A program made the translations under genes and the position numbers. Below are positions 37,035 through 47,230 of a stretch of 64,000 nucleotides of DNA, piece by piece. The stretch's first letter is position 1. Every line of letters starts with the position of its first letter. The stretch is from Myxococcota bacterium (lineage in GTDB: Bacteria > Myxococcota_A > SURF-8 > G963663525), in assembly GCA_963663525.2 (NCBI GenBank), contig CAXXHC010000001.1, positions 1,030,572-1,094,571 of the forward strand. Reading direction: 5' to 3'. The notes beneath the pieces were generated by a model that was not told the origin of the DNA, ran no database searches, and was given only the letters and a program-made list of their open reading frames with translations.

Positions 37035-38477
37035 TCATTCGAAGCGCAACAGCGCCTTTGATTCCGTGCCGACGACCGGCAGGCGGGGATCGAACCTCGG
37101 CAAGGCCGCATCGACCGTTCCCCCCGGTTGCCATCCGATACGGATACGCACCACCTGTCCGCCGGAAAAAACTCCCGGTTTCCCTTCCTCGAAGCACGCG
37201 CCGGGTTGTTCTATGTCCCCGTTTTCGTAGAAGAAACGGGGAAAGGCTTCATCCTGCCTTCGTTGCTTGCGATAGGGCCACAAGGCCGTAAAGGTTGCCG
37301 AGGGCACACCGTGTTCGACGAGGCAGCGCCCCAGTGTCTCCAGTCCCGTGACGGCTTCATCCAGTGCATCGGGTTGCAGCGCTTCCGGGTCGCTTCCGGG
37401 AAACGAAAGACTCATGCCGCCCAGCATCCGACCCTCGGAGTCGTCCTTGGAACGGTTGGAGAACAGGGCCGTTTCTACGGGCAACCCGTATGCGTCCCGC
37501 CACACCCAAAGTCCGGTGGGCAAGAGACCGGGACTGTATATTTTTCGAACATGCCGCGCGTCGTCGTCGTCCCAAAGCACGATCTCCACCGGCATTCCAT
37601 TTTCGTAGCGTCGGAATTCGCGCAGGCTTTTGTGGTCATCTAAGCAGGTCCACTCTCCGACCGGCTTCCCCCAGCCATCCCAGGTCATTTCGCAGGCCGG
37701 TTTGCGGGCGTCTTCGTCGTAGGCGTAGCGGGTCCACAGGTCGGCCTGTCCGAAGTTGTAGGCCACCTTCTGCTCTACCCGTCCCCGCCGATCCAGCGCC
37801 ACCCATTCCCCGTGGGGACGACCGAAGGCATCGACCGGGCGGATTTGCTCGCGGCCATCGTCCAGGCGACGCACCGGCACTTCCAGCTTCAGACGGCGGG
37901 AAATTTCGCCTGCGGCCATGTCGATTAACACGGCGTCGCCGTCGCAGGTGACGATCTGCAACTGCTTGAAATCAGGATCGAATCCGATGCTGTCCACCGG
38001 TTTCTGCGCACAGTGGGGAGAGCTTCGGGGCCGTGCGGGGGCGAGATCACCCAAGCGAAACCGGCGGAACAATCGCCCGTCGCGATACAGCCGCAGCACG
38101 GTGCGCGCATCCGGCTCCGGGCAACTTCCCAACGGGGAGTCGCAGTGGTTCGGACCGAGATAATCGGCGATCACGTGGCCCGTCGCCTCGATGAATGGCC
38201 GATACGGCTTCCAGGAAAATCCGTACAACGCCCGGCATCGACCGTCGGAACGCTCCCAGACGCGCCCTTGGGGCAGAGCATCGGAACCATAGGTAATTTC
38301 AAGAGATTTTCTTCCATCCACCACGAAGGTTTCCACGGCTAAGGTCACACCTTCTTTCTCGTCGGGAAAGCGGCAGGGCTCCTCGGATTCGCAAAATGCC
38401 GAGCCGGGAAAAAGCACCAGCAGCGCTCCGAGCAGCCACCCCAGAAACGTGGTGTGTGTTAACGGCATTGCGCCCAT
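37035..38477 (-). CDS. Secreted hypothetical protein with MORN/YwqK-like repeats (tentative)
   Basis: Signal peptide LGWLLGALLVLFPGSAFC. Repeated G.P.GEW motifs (GRPHGEWVALD; GKPVGEWTCLD). Overlaps the upstream M23 gene end by 19 nt. Confidence 0.6.
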   Translation of the reverse strand: MGAMPLTHTTFLGWLLGALLVLFPGSAFCESEEPCRFPDEKEGVTLAVETFVVDGRKSLEITYGSDALPQGRVWERSDGRCRALYGFSWKPYRPFIEATGHVIADYLGPNHCDSPLGSCPEPDARTVLRLYRDGRLFRRFRLGDLAPARPRSSPHCAQKPVDSIGFDPDFKQLQIVTCDGDAVLIDMAAGEISRRLKLEVPVRRLDDGREQIRPVDAFGRPHGEWVALDRRGRVEQKVAYNFGQADLWTRYAYDEDARKPACEMTWDGWGKPVGEWTCLDDHKSLREFRRYENGMPVEIVLWDDDDARHVRKIYSPGLLPTGLWVWRDAYGLPVETALFSNRSKDDSEGRMLGGMSLSFPGSDPEALQPDALDEAVTGLETLGRCLVEHGVPSATFTALWPYRKQRRQDEAFPRFFYENGDIEQPGACFEEGKPGVFSGGQVVRIRIGWQPGGTVDAALPRFDPRLPVVGTESKALLRFE

Positions 38478-39547
38478 TCTTCCGGGTCTTGCGGGCGGCC
38501 TTTCTTGCGGATTTCAAAATACAGGCCCGGCGCGTCGAGGCTGCCCGTCGAACCCACGTAGCCTAGGACGTCCCCCGCTTCGACTTCCACGCCCTGGGGT
38601 TGGGCGATGGATTGCAAGTTGGCGAAAAGAGTATGGTATCCGGCTCCGTGGTCGAGGATAATCAGGTTGCCGTAGCCTTTGAAACGTCCCGCGAAGCGCA
38701 CCACGCCCTTGGAAATGGCCCGCACGGGACGGCCTTCCGGGGCTTGGATCTTGATACCCCGATGATAGACGTTGCCGATGTCGGTTTCCTCGTTTCCGAA
38801 ATTGGCCACGATGCGCCCCTTGACCGGGCAGGGAAGCTCACCCTTACTCTCGGAAAACGAGAGATTTCCCTTTTGCTTCGGCATCTTGCGGATTTTCCGG
38901 GCCAGATCTTGGCTGGCCTGTTTCTTTTCCTTTTCGAAGCGCTTGCGCAGTTTCGAGGAGCCCCGGATTTCCTTCAACATAGCCTTGCGAGTGGCCACGC
39001 CCTGGCGCATCACGGCCAGTTTTTCTTCCAGTTTTTGGGCGATTTCTTCGGCCTGGCGCTTGGCCTCGATGGATTTCTCGCGGGCCTCGCGGGTTTCGCC
39101 CACGGAGTCGAAATAGGCGTGGAAGGTTTTTTCGTCCTGCTTCATCAGGCAATCGAGGTAATGGTTGCGCAGGCTGAAATCCGCCACTCCTTCGGAGGCG
39201 AAAAGAAACTCCGCCTCGGCGACCCGCCCCATCATGTATGCCGCGCGCAGGCGCGTGGCCACGAGTTTTTTCTGATGCTCCATCCGTTTGAGGCTGGCGC
39301 TGTACTTTTTTTCGGCCTTTTCGCTTTCGTTTCGAAGTTCCTCGGCACGTTTGCGGGCCTGACGGGCTTCCGCGTCGGCCTTCTCCAGCCAGCGCTCCCA
39401 TTTGTCCAGCTCTTCGAGCAACGACGTTTCTTTTTGCGTCAGATCCGCCGCTTCGGGCAAGTTTTCTCCAAACGCCGACGCATTCCCGCCGATCGATGAG
39501 AAACCGTAAAATACAATAAAAATCAAGATGTTGCGTAGAAAACCCAC
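38459..39547 (-). CDS. envC: Murein hydrolase activator EnvC-like (coiled coil plus M23/LytM domain)
   Basis: Long coiled-coil N-terminus. C-terminal GRPVRAISKGVVRFAGRFKGYGNLIILDHGAGYHTLFANL...GDVLGYVGSTG. Positioned after ftsE-ftsX. Confidence 0.8.
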   Translation of the reverse strand: MGFLRNILIFIVFYGFSSIGGNASAFGENLPEAADLTQKETSLLEELDKWERWLEKADAEARQARKRAEELRNESEKAEKKYSASLKRMEHQKKLVATRLRAAYMMGRVAEAEFLFASEGVADFSLRNHYLDCLMKQDEKTFHAYFDSVGETREAREKSIEAKRQAEEIAQKLEEKLAVMRQGVATRKAMLKEIRGSSKLRKRFEKEKKQASQDLARKIRKMPKQKGNLSFSESKGELPCPVKGRIVANFGNEETDIGNVYHRGIKIQAPEGRPVRAISKGVVRFAGRFKGYGNLIILDHGAGYHTLFANLQSIAQPQGVEVEAGDVLGYVGSTGSLDAPGLYFEIRKKGRPQDPEEWAQCR

Positions 39548-39600
39548 GAGCCACCCGAGAAGAAAAACGTACCATCACGAAATTGAATCGAGCTTTCGTT

Positions 39601-39781
39601 GGTTCAGGTCTCCCGACCTGAACCATTCGTTTCTCGTCGGGTTTCCAACCCGACGGCATGAACCTGTGGAGCAAGTCGGGAGACTTGCTCCAACGAAGTT
39701 TCAAGCGGCATTTCGAGTAGGTAGGGCTAATTTCCAGCCCGACACCTTGGAATTGTCGGGTAAAACAATTCTCCGACCTAC
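39601..39781. repeat. Array of 3-4 GC-rich hairpins (REP-like) between envC and ftsX
   Basis: ggttcaggtc-tccc-gacctgaacc (39601-24). cgtcgggtt-tcc-aacccgacg (39634-55). tggagcaagtc-ggga-gacttgctcca (39667-92, core shared with 47157-47185). gtcgggtaaaacaattctccgacctac (39755-81, related to 47391-47417). Confidence 0.7.
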
Positions 39782-40677
39782 GCCGCCCGCTGGAGGAAGC
39801 GCGACACCGCCGCCGCCGCCGAAAGCGCACCCAGCACCACGCCCAGCAGAATCACCGACACGCACCAGGACAAGGGAAGAAATCCGGGTTCGAAGCCGGT
39901 GAACACCGTGCGCAACGCCTCCCCGGCGGAGTCGTGAACCGCCAGATGCAACACACCGAGCAATCCCAGCGCCATGAGCGATCCGAGAAGGCCCTGAATC
40001 GCCCCTTCGAAAATGTAGGGCGCGCCGATAAATCCGCCTGTTGCGCCGACAAGCCGAAGGATTTCCACCTCTTCCAGGCGTGCGTACAGGCGCATACGTA
40101 CCATGCTGGACACCAGAAAGGCCAGCGCGGCGGATACGCCCAAACCTACCAGCAATCCCGCCAGCTTGAACAGCGCGAGAAAGGCGTTGAGTTTTTGGAA
40201 AACCTCGCGCCCGAACAACACCTCGTCCACGCCATCCAGACCGGAGAGTCGCTGCGTGAAGCCGTCGAGTTCCACCGTTTCGTCCACCCAGGGTTTCAGC
40301 ACGATCTCGAAACTTCGCGGAAAAGGGTTCTCCGCGATGCCGTCGAGAATGAAGGCGCGTCCCGGAAATTTCAGTAAAAACAACTCCTTGGCCTTTTCGG
40401 CATCGACGAACTTCCACTCGGCGGCCTCGTCCATGCCTTTCAAGCTCTCTTTGAGCGCTTCCACCCCGGCTTCGTCCGCATCCGGCGACAAAAAGGCGTG
40501 CACCCGGATCGAGCGAGTCCAACTGCGGCTGGCGTCGTCGAGGTTGTAGGCCGCCAGAAGAAACGATTGCAGTAGCAGCAGGCAGACGGCGATCACCGAA
40601 AGGCTCATCATGGTGGGCCAGGGTTCCCGCACGAGCGATTTCACGGCCCGCCGGAGATGCTGAGTCAGCGTTTTCAC
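39778..40677 (-). CDS. ftsX: Cell-division ABC transporter permease FtsX
   Basis: Four-TM FtsX layout with a periplasmic loop. ..LVGATGGFIGAPYIFEGAIQGLLGSL.. Lies downstream of ftsE. Confidence 0.85.
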   Translation of the reverse strand: MKTLTQHLRRAVKSLVREPWPTMMSLSVIAVCLLLLQSFLLAAYNLDDASRSWTRSIRVHAFLSPDADEAGVEALKESLKGMDEAAEWKFVDAEKAKELFLLKFPGRAFILDGIAENPFPRSFEIVLKPWVDETVELDGFTQRLSGLDGVDEVLFGREVFQKLNAFLALFKLAGLLVGLGVSAALAFLVSSMVRMRLYARLEEVEILRLVGATGGFIGAPYIFEGAIQGLLGSLMALGLLGVLHLAVHDSAGEALRTVFTGFEPGFLPLSWCVSVILLGVVLGALSAAAAVSRFLQRAA

Positions 40678-40682
40678 GGCGG

Positions 40683-41363
40683 TTATTCGTCCTCCATCGG
40701 TACGGGCCGCGAGTCGGCGGCGATGCTCCCCCGGCTGAGCTTGATGACCCGTTGGTAACTTTCGGAATACAGAGAGGAATCGTGGGTCGCGACAACCACC
40801 GTCGCGCCTTTGCGGTGGGCGTCGTGGAGCAGGTCCATCACGCCTCGGGCGGATTCGTCGTCCAGGTTGCCGGTGGGCTCGTCCGCCAGCAGGATTTTGG
40901 GCTGGCCGATGATCGCCCGCGCCACCGACACCCGTTGCTGCTCCCCACCGCTGAGTTGCGGAGGATAGCTAAGTTGCCGATTTTCCAGGCCTACCGAGCG
41001 CAGGACGTGCTCGACCCGTTTGCGGATCTCCTTGGCTCCGACGCCCTGCACTTCCAGCGTGACCGCCACGTTTTCAAAGACGTTGCGGTTGGAAATGAGC
41101 TTGAAATCCTGAAACACCACGCCGATTTCCCGCCGCAGAAGGGGCAGTTTCCGACCGATGCGTCCCAGGTGTCGGCCCTGGATCAGCACCTGCCCGCCGG
41201 TGACGCGCTCGGCCCCGAAAAGCAGTTTCAACAGCGTGGATTTTCCCGCGCCGCTGACGCCGGTGAGAAAGGTGAACTCCCCTTCACGGATGCGCAACGT
41301 AAGATCCTCCAGGGTGTTTTTCCCCGGCTGGTAGGCTTTGGAGACTGAATAAAGACGAATCAT
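40683..41363 (-). CDS. ftsE: Cell-division ABC transporter ATP-binding protein FtsE
   Basis: Start chosen at the ATG at 41363 ([11 protein letters not shown]...). Walker [10 protein letters not shown], signature LSGGEQQR, Walker [13 protein letters not shown]. The track ORF extends 46 codons further upstream without support. Confidence 0.9.
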   Translation of the reverse strand: MIRLYSVSKAYQPGKNTLEDLTLRIREGEFTFLTGVSGAGKSTLLKLLFGAERVTGGQVLIQGRHLGRIGRKLPLLRREIGVVFQDFKLISNRNVFENVAVTLEVQGVGAKEIRKRVEHVLRSVGLENRQLSYPPQLSGGEQQRVSVARAIIGQPKILLADEPTGNLDDESARGVMDLLHDAHRKGATVVVATHDSSLYSESYQRVIKLSRGSIAADSRPVPMEDE

Positions 41364-41643
41364 GGATGCTTCACGGGTTCCGTTTGAAAGGGAAAGCTTT
41401 TCTCGATTGTCGTGAGATTTCGCGGAAATGCAAGCTTTTCCGTGAGGATTTCGTGGAAAGGGGGCGGGGATTTTCCCGTCGTTGGACGTTTTTCGTTTCA
41501 AAGGTAGGTCGGATAGCTTTGCTATCCGACATCTTCGGGATGTGCAGGGAATGTGCCGGGGAACAAGATTTTGGACAAACTCTTTTGTTCCTCTGATAAT
41601 TCTAATAAGTTCGCCAAAGAGGATTTATACGATAGAATAGCTA

Positions 41644-42144
41644 CTACCCATACAATTTCTCACCGCAATTTCCACAAAACTTCATGCTTGGTGACGCTAT
41701 TTTCGTTCCGCAATACGGACAAAACGTCAACGTTTTTCTTTGATCCGGTTGCGAATCGTTTTGCGGTGGAGAAGAAGTTGGAACAATAGTGGCCGTCTTC
41801 AGGTGTTTTTCTTCTTCTGTTTCAATCTGAATCGGATTGATCTTTGGATTTGAAGAGGTTTCGGTGAGTAAAGGGCGCTCTTTGGGCTCTTCTCCCGAAT
41901 ATGAATTTTCATTACCCGTTACAGAAACTGCACCCGCAATAATCAACCCTCCACCAATTATCGTTACAACGATGCCAAGTCCCATCAGGACTTCATAAGT
42001 AGGTTTTTTAATATACTTTGCTCTCCCCGAGAACATCATATTCCATGCTTCCCCTATCCCCTCAGGAGGACGCATGGAATATACAATAATGCAACTCAAT
42101 ACACCGATTATAATTACTATTATCCCTCCCCAGATCTTTTCCAT
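41644..42144 (-). CDS. Zinc-ribbon domain membrane protein (hypothetical)
   Basis: Two TM helices, then C-terminal FCPYCGTKIASPSMKFCGNCGEKL. AT-rich. Start ambiguous (42144 or 42276). Confidence 0.5.
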   Translation of the reverse strand: MEKIWGGIIVIIIGVLSCIIVYSMRPPEGIGEAWNMMFSGRAKYIKKPTYEVLMGLGIVVTIIGGGLIIAGAVSVTGNENSYSGEEPKERPLLTETSSNPKINPIQIETEEEKHLKTATIVPTSSPPQNDSQPDQRKTLTFCPYCGTKIASPSMKFCGNCGEKLYG

Positions 42145-42304
42145 GTTGATCCTCGTTATATTGAAGGAATTATTATTTGCATATAGAAAGAATCTACTGC
42201 ATTTCATGAAGAATGTCAATTGCAGTATTTCACTTTGGAATTTTTCCCAAGGCTTTCCGTTGCTCCAGGTTTCCAACCTGAACCGAAACGTTTCGGAGTT
42301 TGTA

Positions 42305-42397
42305 TCAGCCTAAAAAACTCCATTCCTTTTTAGCAAAATCATAGAAATGCCGTCCGAACGGTGGGATCTCTACCCAATGAAACATTGGGTTTTCTGA
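42305..42397 (-). pseudogene. 3' part of a membrane protein gene split by ISL3 type 2, copy 2
   Basis: After removing 42406..43917 plus one TSD copy, the frame continues ..WPHNK-ISENPMFHWVEIPPFGRHFYDFAKKEWSFLG* (stop at 42307-05). Confidence 0.6.
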
Positions 42398-42405
42398 AAT
42401 TTTAT

Positions 42406-43917
42406 GGCTCTTCGCTGTTTAGTGTGGGTAACGGCAGCTTATGCATCGGCTTCGCCGATCCGGGGACCCGTCCCCGCACCCCTGGGATTTATCGCTTTGA
42501 AGTCCAAACCTGGTTGTTGTAATAAGGGATAAAGAGAAAAGGAGAGGTTTCCCCCTCCTTTCCAGGTTCGGACCTTCGACGGCGCTCGGGTCGCGTCCCC
42601 GCGTTGCCTTATCCTCCGCCGAAGTTCTGCCAGTGTAACCTTTGCACACTGAAGGAGCAAGAGATGGACGAGCGCGGACTTTTCACGATGGCTCTTGGAT
42701 TGACCCCTCCCTGGGAGGTGGTGGATATTGACTTTGACGCCGAGCGCCACCGGTTGGATCTGTACCTGGATTTTCCCGCCGGGAGCCGGTTTGCGTGCCC
42801 GCAATGCGAGGTGGCTTGCGGGGTTCACGATACGAACGAGAGGAGTTGGCGACATCTGAACTTTTTTCAGCACGAGGCGTATCTTCACGCACGCCTACCC
42901 CGGATCAAATGCCCTGAACACGGAGTAAAAACGGTGGAGGTACCTTGGGCGCGTCCTGGTGCGGGGTTCACGCTGCTTTTTGAGGCGCTGGTACTGCTTA
43001 TGGCCAGAAAGGGCATGACGCCCAAGGGGATCGGCGAAATACTTGGTGAGCACGACACGCGGATCTGGCGGGTGCTGGAATACTATGTGGACTCGAGTCT
43101 GGCGAAGCAGGACTGGTCCGAGGTCGAAGCGGTGGGCGTGGATGAAACCAGCCGTTCCCGTGGGCACGACTACGTGACGGTGTTCGTGGACATGGACGAG
43201 GCGAAGGTTCTGCACGTGGAGCCCGGCAAAGACCACCGGACGGTGGCGGGCTTCGAGGCTGAGCTTCACGCTCACGGCGGTAAACCCGAACAGGTGAAAG
43301 AGTTCAGCATGGACATGTCAGCGGCGTTCATCAAGGGGGTTGGGAAACAGTTTCCCGATGCGGCGATGACCTTCGACCGCTTCCACGTGATGAAGCTTGT
43401 CAACAAGGCCGTGGACGAGGTGCGGCGTGAGGAGCGCCAAGACAGGACTGAGTTGGAAAAGACGAGATGGGTCTGGTTGAAAAACGAGCAAAACCTTACG
43501 GACAAAGAGCGAGAGAAGTTCGATGAGTTGAAAGACAGCACGCTGAAAACGGCCAGGGGCTATCGGCTCAAAGAGACGCTTCAGTCGGTATATGCCGACT
43601 ACGCAGGCCATCCAGATGACGGTGAGAAGCAGTTGCAGTACTGGTATTTCTGGGCCACGCACAGCCAACTGCCGCCGATGATCAAGGTAGCCAAAACGAT
43701 CAAGACCCACTGGGATGGGGTATTGCGGTGGTTTCAGTCAGGTTTGACACAAGGGCTGGTGGAAGGCATCAACGGTATAATTCAGGCGGCCAAGCGCAAG
43801 GCCAGAGGGTTCAGGTCGTTTAGGAAGCTTCGAACCATGATCTTCCTCGTCGCTGGAAAGCTAGACTTCGACCTGCCGCAGATGAAACTGCTTACCCACA
43901 GTAAATAGCGAGGAGGC
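42406..43917 (+). mobile_element. ISL3-family element type 2, copy 2 (1512 bp)
   Basis: Same ends as copy 1, and all track ORFs are identical to copy 1. Direct 8-bp TSD AATTTTAT (42398-405 and 43918-25). Confidence 0.9.
42664..43908 (+). CDS. ISL3-family transposase (identical to 31474..32718)
   Basis: Track protein identical to copy 1. Confidence 0.9.
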   Translation: MDERGLFTMALGLTPPWEVVDIDFDAERHRLDLYLDFPAGSRFACPQCEVACGVHDTNERSWRHLNFFQHEAYLHARLPRIKCPEHGVKTVEVPWARPGAGFTLLFEALVLLMARKGMTPKGIGEILGEHDTRIWRVLEYYVDSSLAKQDWSEVEAVGVDETSRSRGHDYVTVFVDMDEAKVLHVEPGKDHRTVAGFEAELHAHGGKPEQVKEFSMDMSAAFIKGVGKQFPDAAMTFDRFHVMKLVNKAVDEVRREERQDRTELEKTRWVWLKNEQNLTDKEREKFDELKDSTLKTARGYRLKETLQSVYADYAGHPDDGEKQLQYWYFWATHSQLPPMIKVAKTIKTHWDGVLRWFQSGLTQGLVEGINGIIQAAKRKARGFRSFRKLRTMIFLVAGKLDFDLPQMKLLTHSK

Positions 43918-43925
43918 AATTTTAT

Positions 43926-44379
43926 TATGTGGCCACAGCATAAATTCGCCTAAAAGGTAACGTGTATATCTGGCTCTTGGAATGAACGTGAAATAGACTG
44001 GCGTCAGCTTTTCCAGAGAAGCGGGATAATGGCCCGTATCCAATTTATATTCTTCAATCGCAAGAACGACCTCGGTAGCCCTGTCCTGGGCGGTCAGCAT
44101 ATCTGCGATGGTCGCACCGGAAATCAGAAACCAGAGTATGGAGGAAACCACCAGATATTTGACGGGCACAAGTTCTTTTCGTGCAGGACGGTTAATGGCG
44201 TTTCTCATGAATCTTGCGGCCAATTGAAAAAGTGCCGAAACGCAGGCAATAAAAAACGGGATGCCAAATCCCAGGAAAATTTCGTTTAAAATCACAAGAA
44301 TCGCGATGTTTTTGATTCGTTTTAAAACCAATGATCGGCGTGTGAATGAATTGGTTTGAGCCGCCATCATTTGCTCCAT
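43926..44379 (-). pseudogene. 5' part of a hypothetical membrane protein gene interrupted near its 3' end by ISL3
   Basis: MEQMMAAQTNSF...two or three TM helices...AIEEYKLDTGHYPASLEKL.. The track ORF 43861..44379 ends inside the IS (..ASSLFTVGKQFHLRQVEV). Confidence 0.6.
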
Positions 44380-44716
44380 TCATTCATGAAATCCACTAAG
44401 CAAAATCGCTTGAATAGAATAACATGTTGTGCATTTTCATGCAATCGTGCGTCGTCTTGATTCGATACCGCAAAACTCGTGCAAACTCACGCCAAACCGT
44501 GCTAAAACGCCATCGGTTTCCACCCAAAGAAGCGACTGAAGATCGGTAAAAGTGTCAAGTAAACTTGACAAAAACGGCGTTTTTCGGCCCAAACCCAGAC
44601 CGAAGTCTGGTTTTCACTTCCTTCGCTCGTTGTTCCTAATCTGCGTAATTTTTTACCAATTTGCACGTTTCGCGAAAGGGACATCTTGCCCCTTTCGCGG
44701 AAGGAACGGCCCGGCT

Positions 44717-46285
44717 TTAAAGCGTCGTGGTGCCGTCCGGATTGCTGTGGGTGAACAGCTTGCGGAAGACCACCAGCCCGATCGGCGTGAAGATCGCCAT
44801 GCCGCCGATCCAGATCCAGACCATGTTGTGGTCGGCGTAAGGCGCCATGGATTTGCCGGCTTCATCGATGGGAGTGTAGTACTTCAGCAGCAGGCCGGAC
44901 ATCGGCCCGACGACGAATTTCGCGAAGAACCAGGGTAGCACGGACAGCGCGATGTAGGTGCCTTCCTTGCCCTCGGGCGCGATTTCCGCCGTGAACTGCA
45001 TCAGGCGCGGCGACCAGATGGCTTCGCCCACCGTGAACACGGTAATGAACACGATCAGCGGCCAGTACTCGGGCACCGGCGGATTTTGCAGGAGCGCTTC
45101 CATGGTGCCGGCCATCCCCAGCCACTTGATGAAAATCAACTCGCCCAGCACGGAATCGGTCATGTGCACGAAGTAGTGCGAGGGAATCGCGGCGATGAAA
45201 CACGAGCCTGCGGAGACGATCGAGCCGACGATCATCATCTTATAAGAGCTGACTTTTTTGGTGAACGACGCCACCAGCGGCACGAGGAAGACGATCAGCA
45301 CGGGGTTGAGCACGCCGTAGATCGAGCCGATTTTCGCGCCTTCGCCCAACACGCGGATGCCGTATTTGGGGAAGGTGTAGTGGAAGTGGAAGAAGATGAA
45401 GCGGACGAACAGCGTCATCGCCAGCATCCCGAGGAAGATCCAGAAATACTTTTCCGTAATGACGGATTTAATCATCTCGGCGGTTTTGATGGAGGCGTTG
45501 CGAATCGCTTTCAGGCCGTTGCCGTATTCGGTGGAAGGATGAACCACCACGCCGTCGTCGGTCATTTCCACGCCGTCGCGGATGAAGATGGCGATGAACA
45601 GGCTGCCCAGAGTGAACAGGAAGCCCATCACGAAAAAGAGCTGGTAGGTGCTGAAATGGATTCCCATCAGAGTCGTGCCGAAGTTCTCGTTGATGATCGT
45701 GCCCACGGCGTCGCGTTCGGCGTAGGTGTCGCGGAGCCAGTCGAACAGCCAGCCGCCGACGGCGTAGGCGATGTTCATCACGACGTAAAACAGGCCGAAG
45801 CCCATCGCGGCACCTTCTTTGGTGGTGAAGCGCTTGATCGCCACCGACACCAGCGGACCGACGATGGCGAAGCCAATGGCCAGCGGTACGAAACCGAAGA
45901 TGAAAATCAGGATCGGATTGGTCATCCAGGCCATGAAAAAGCGGGAGATCAGCAGGAATACGATGCTGATAATCAGCGTGCGCCGGATGCCGATGGTATC
46001 GACCAGCGCCCCGGCGATCATCGCCATCACCGAAAGCATCATCGACCATGCGGCAATGTAGCTTCCCGCCATCACATCACCCATGCCGCAATCCTTGGAA
46101 AGCCAGAGGATGATGGCCATATTCATCGCGCCGTAGGCGGAATACTCGATGAACTTATAGCCGAACAGGAACCACATGTCGCGCGGAGAATTCCGAAGTC
46201 CCTTGAGATAGCTCCAAACGATGACGGCAAACGCGATGATCGCGCCGGTAACGAGCGAATAGGTAATGAAGTCGGCAGTGGACAT
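44717..46285 (-). CDS. MFS transporter (possibly POT/peptide-transporter-like), 522 aa
   Basis: About 14 hydrophobic segments. The N-terminal FGYKFIEYSAYGAMNMAI loosely resembles the POT ExxERFxYYG motif. The antisense ORF 45086..46303 is a shadow. Confidence 0.75.
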   Translation of the reverse strand: MSTADFITYSLVTGAIIAFAVIVWSYLKGLRNSPRDMWFLFGYKFIEYSAYGAMNMAIILWLSKDCGMGDVMAGSYIAAWSMMLSVMAMIAGALVDTIGIRRTLIISIVFLLISRFFMAWMTNPILIFIFGFVPLAIGFAIVGPLVSVAIKRFTTKEGAAMGFGLFYVVMNIAYAVGGWLFDWLRDTYAERDAVGTIINENFGTTLMGIHFSTYQLFFVMGFLFTLGSLFIAIFIRDGVEMTDDGVVVHPSTEYGNGLKAIRNASIKTAEMIKSVITEKYFWIFLGMLAMTLFVRFIFFHFHYTFPKYGIRVLGEGAKIGSIYGVLNPVLIVFLVPLVASFTKKVSSYKMMIVGSIVSAGSCFIAAIPSHYFVHMTDSVLGELIFIKWLGMAGTMEALLQNPPVPEYWPLIVFITVFTVGEAIWSPRLMQFTAEIAPEGKEGTYIALSVLPWFFAKFVVGPMSGLLLKYYTPIDEAGKSMAPYADHNMVWIWIGGMAIFTPIGLVVFRKLFTHSNPDGTTTL

Positions 46286-46595
46286 GGCAATCCCCGAATG
46301 TGAAAACGTCGAAATGAAATTCTTTTATTGTACAAACCCGGCGCGATCATTAAGTTCAACGACCTTCAATGCATCGATATCATCGCCGGAACTCTACGAA
46401 AATCTTCCGGAATCAAGGATACGAACCTACCCGCTGACTGGGAATTTCGCAAGAAAAACCGGTGTACTCAAAACGTTCCTCAGAGCGGATAAAAAGAAAT
46501 TCTTTCTCTTTTTCCCGTCACTTGGACTATTCTTGGATGTCAAGACGACACCCCAACGTTTCACAATCGAGTTTATTTCACGGCGAGGAGGCCCC

Positions 46596-47117
46596 ATGCA
46601 ATTCGAAGTCATCGACCAGGTACCGTATTCCCTCGAAGACGTCTTCAGCACCATGCGCGACAAGCTGCCGGATCTTATCGAGTATCTGCCGGACGTCAAA
46701 TCCATCACCTGCGACGTGCGCGAGGAATTGCCCGGCAACAAGCTGAAGCTGGTCAACAAGTGGATGCTCGAAAACCGGATTCCCAAGGCGTTGGCAAAGT
46801 TTATCAAACCCGAACAGCTCGGGTACATCGATCATGCCGAGTGGGACAACGACGGCCACTTCGTGGATTATCGCCTGGAAATGATCTTTTTGAGCGAGTA
46901 CATCGACGTGCACGGGCGCAACTACTTCACCGCCGAGGGCGACGGCACCAAGGTGCGGCTGACGGGCGAACTCAACCTCGACCTCGCACGCCACCCGATG
47001 TTGCCGAAATTCCTGGCGAAATCCATTACCGGGCAGGTCGAGAAACTCGTGCTCGCGCTGGTCAAGCCAAACCTCGTCAAGGTCAATCGAGGCGTGGAAA
47101 AACACCTCGCGAAATAG
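46596..47117 (+). CDS. SRPBCC/START-like (polyketide cyclase-fold) protein, 173 aa
   Basis: ATG at 46596 with a GAGGAG RBS. MQFEVIDQVPYSLEDVFSTMRDKLPDLIEYLPDVKSI... has the length and pattern typical of SRPBCC/DUF2505-type proteins (tentative). Confidence 0.55.
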   Translation: MQFEVIDQVPYSLEDVFSTMRDKLPDLIEYLPDVKSITCDVREELPGNKLKLVNKWMLENRIPKALAKFIKPEQLGYIDHAEWDNDGHFVDYRLEMIFLSEYIDVHGRNYFTAEGDGTKVRLTGELNLDLARHPMLPKFLAKSITGQVEKLVLALVKPNLVKVNRGVEKHLAK

Positions 47118-47150
47118 CGAATTTAGGAAATAATTCAAGAAAAAACAGTC

Positions 47151-47200
47151 GCTTACGTTGGAGCAAGTCGGGAGACTTGCTCCAACGTAAGCTTGTTTTT
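47151..47200 (+). terminator. Rho-independent terminator (also a member of the REP-like family)
   Basis: gcttacgttggagcaagtc-ggga-gacttgctccaacgtaagc followed by ttgttttt, starting 34 nt after the stop of 46596..47117. Confidence 0.75.
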
Positions 47201-47230
47201 CTCAACGGGTCTGCATCACCCACTCACCCT

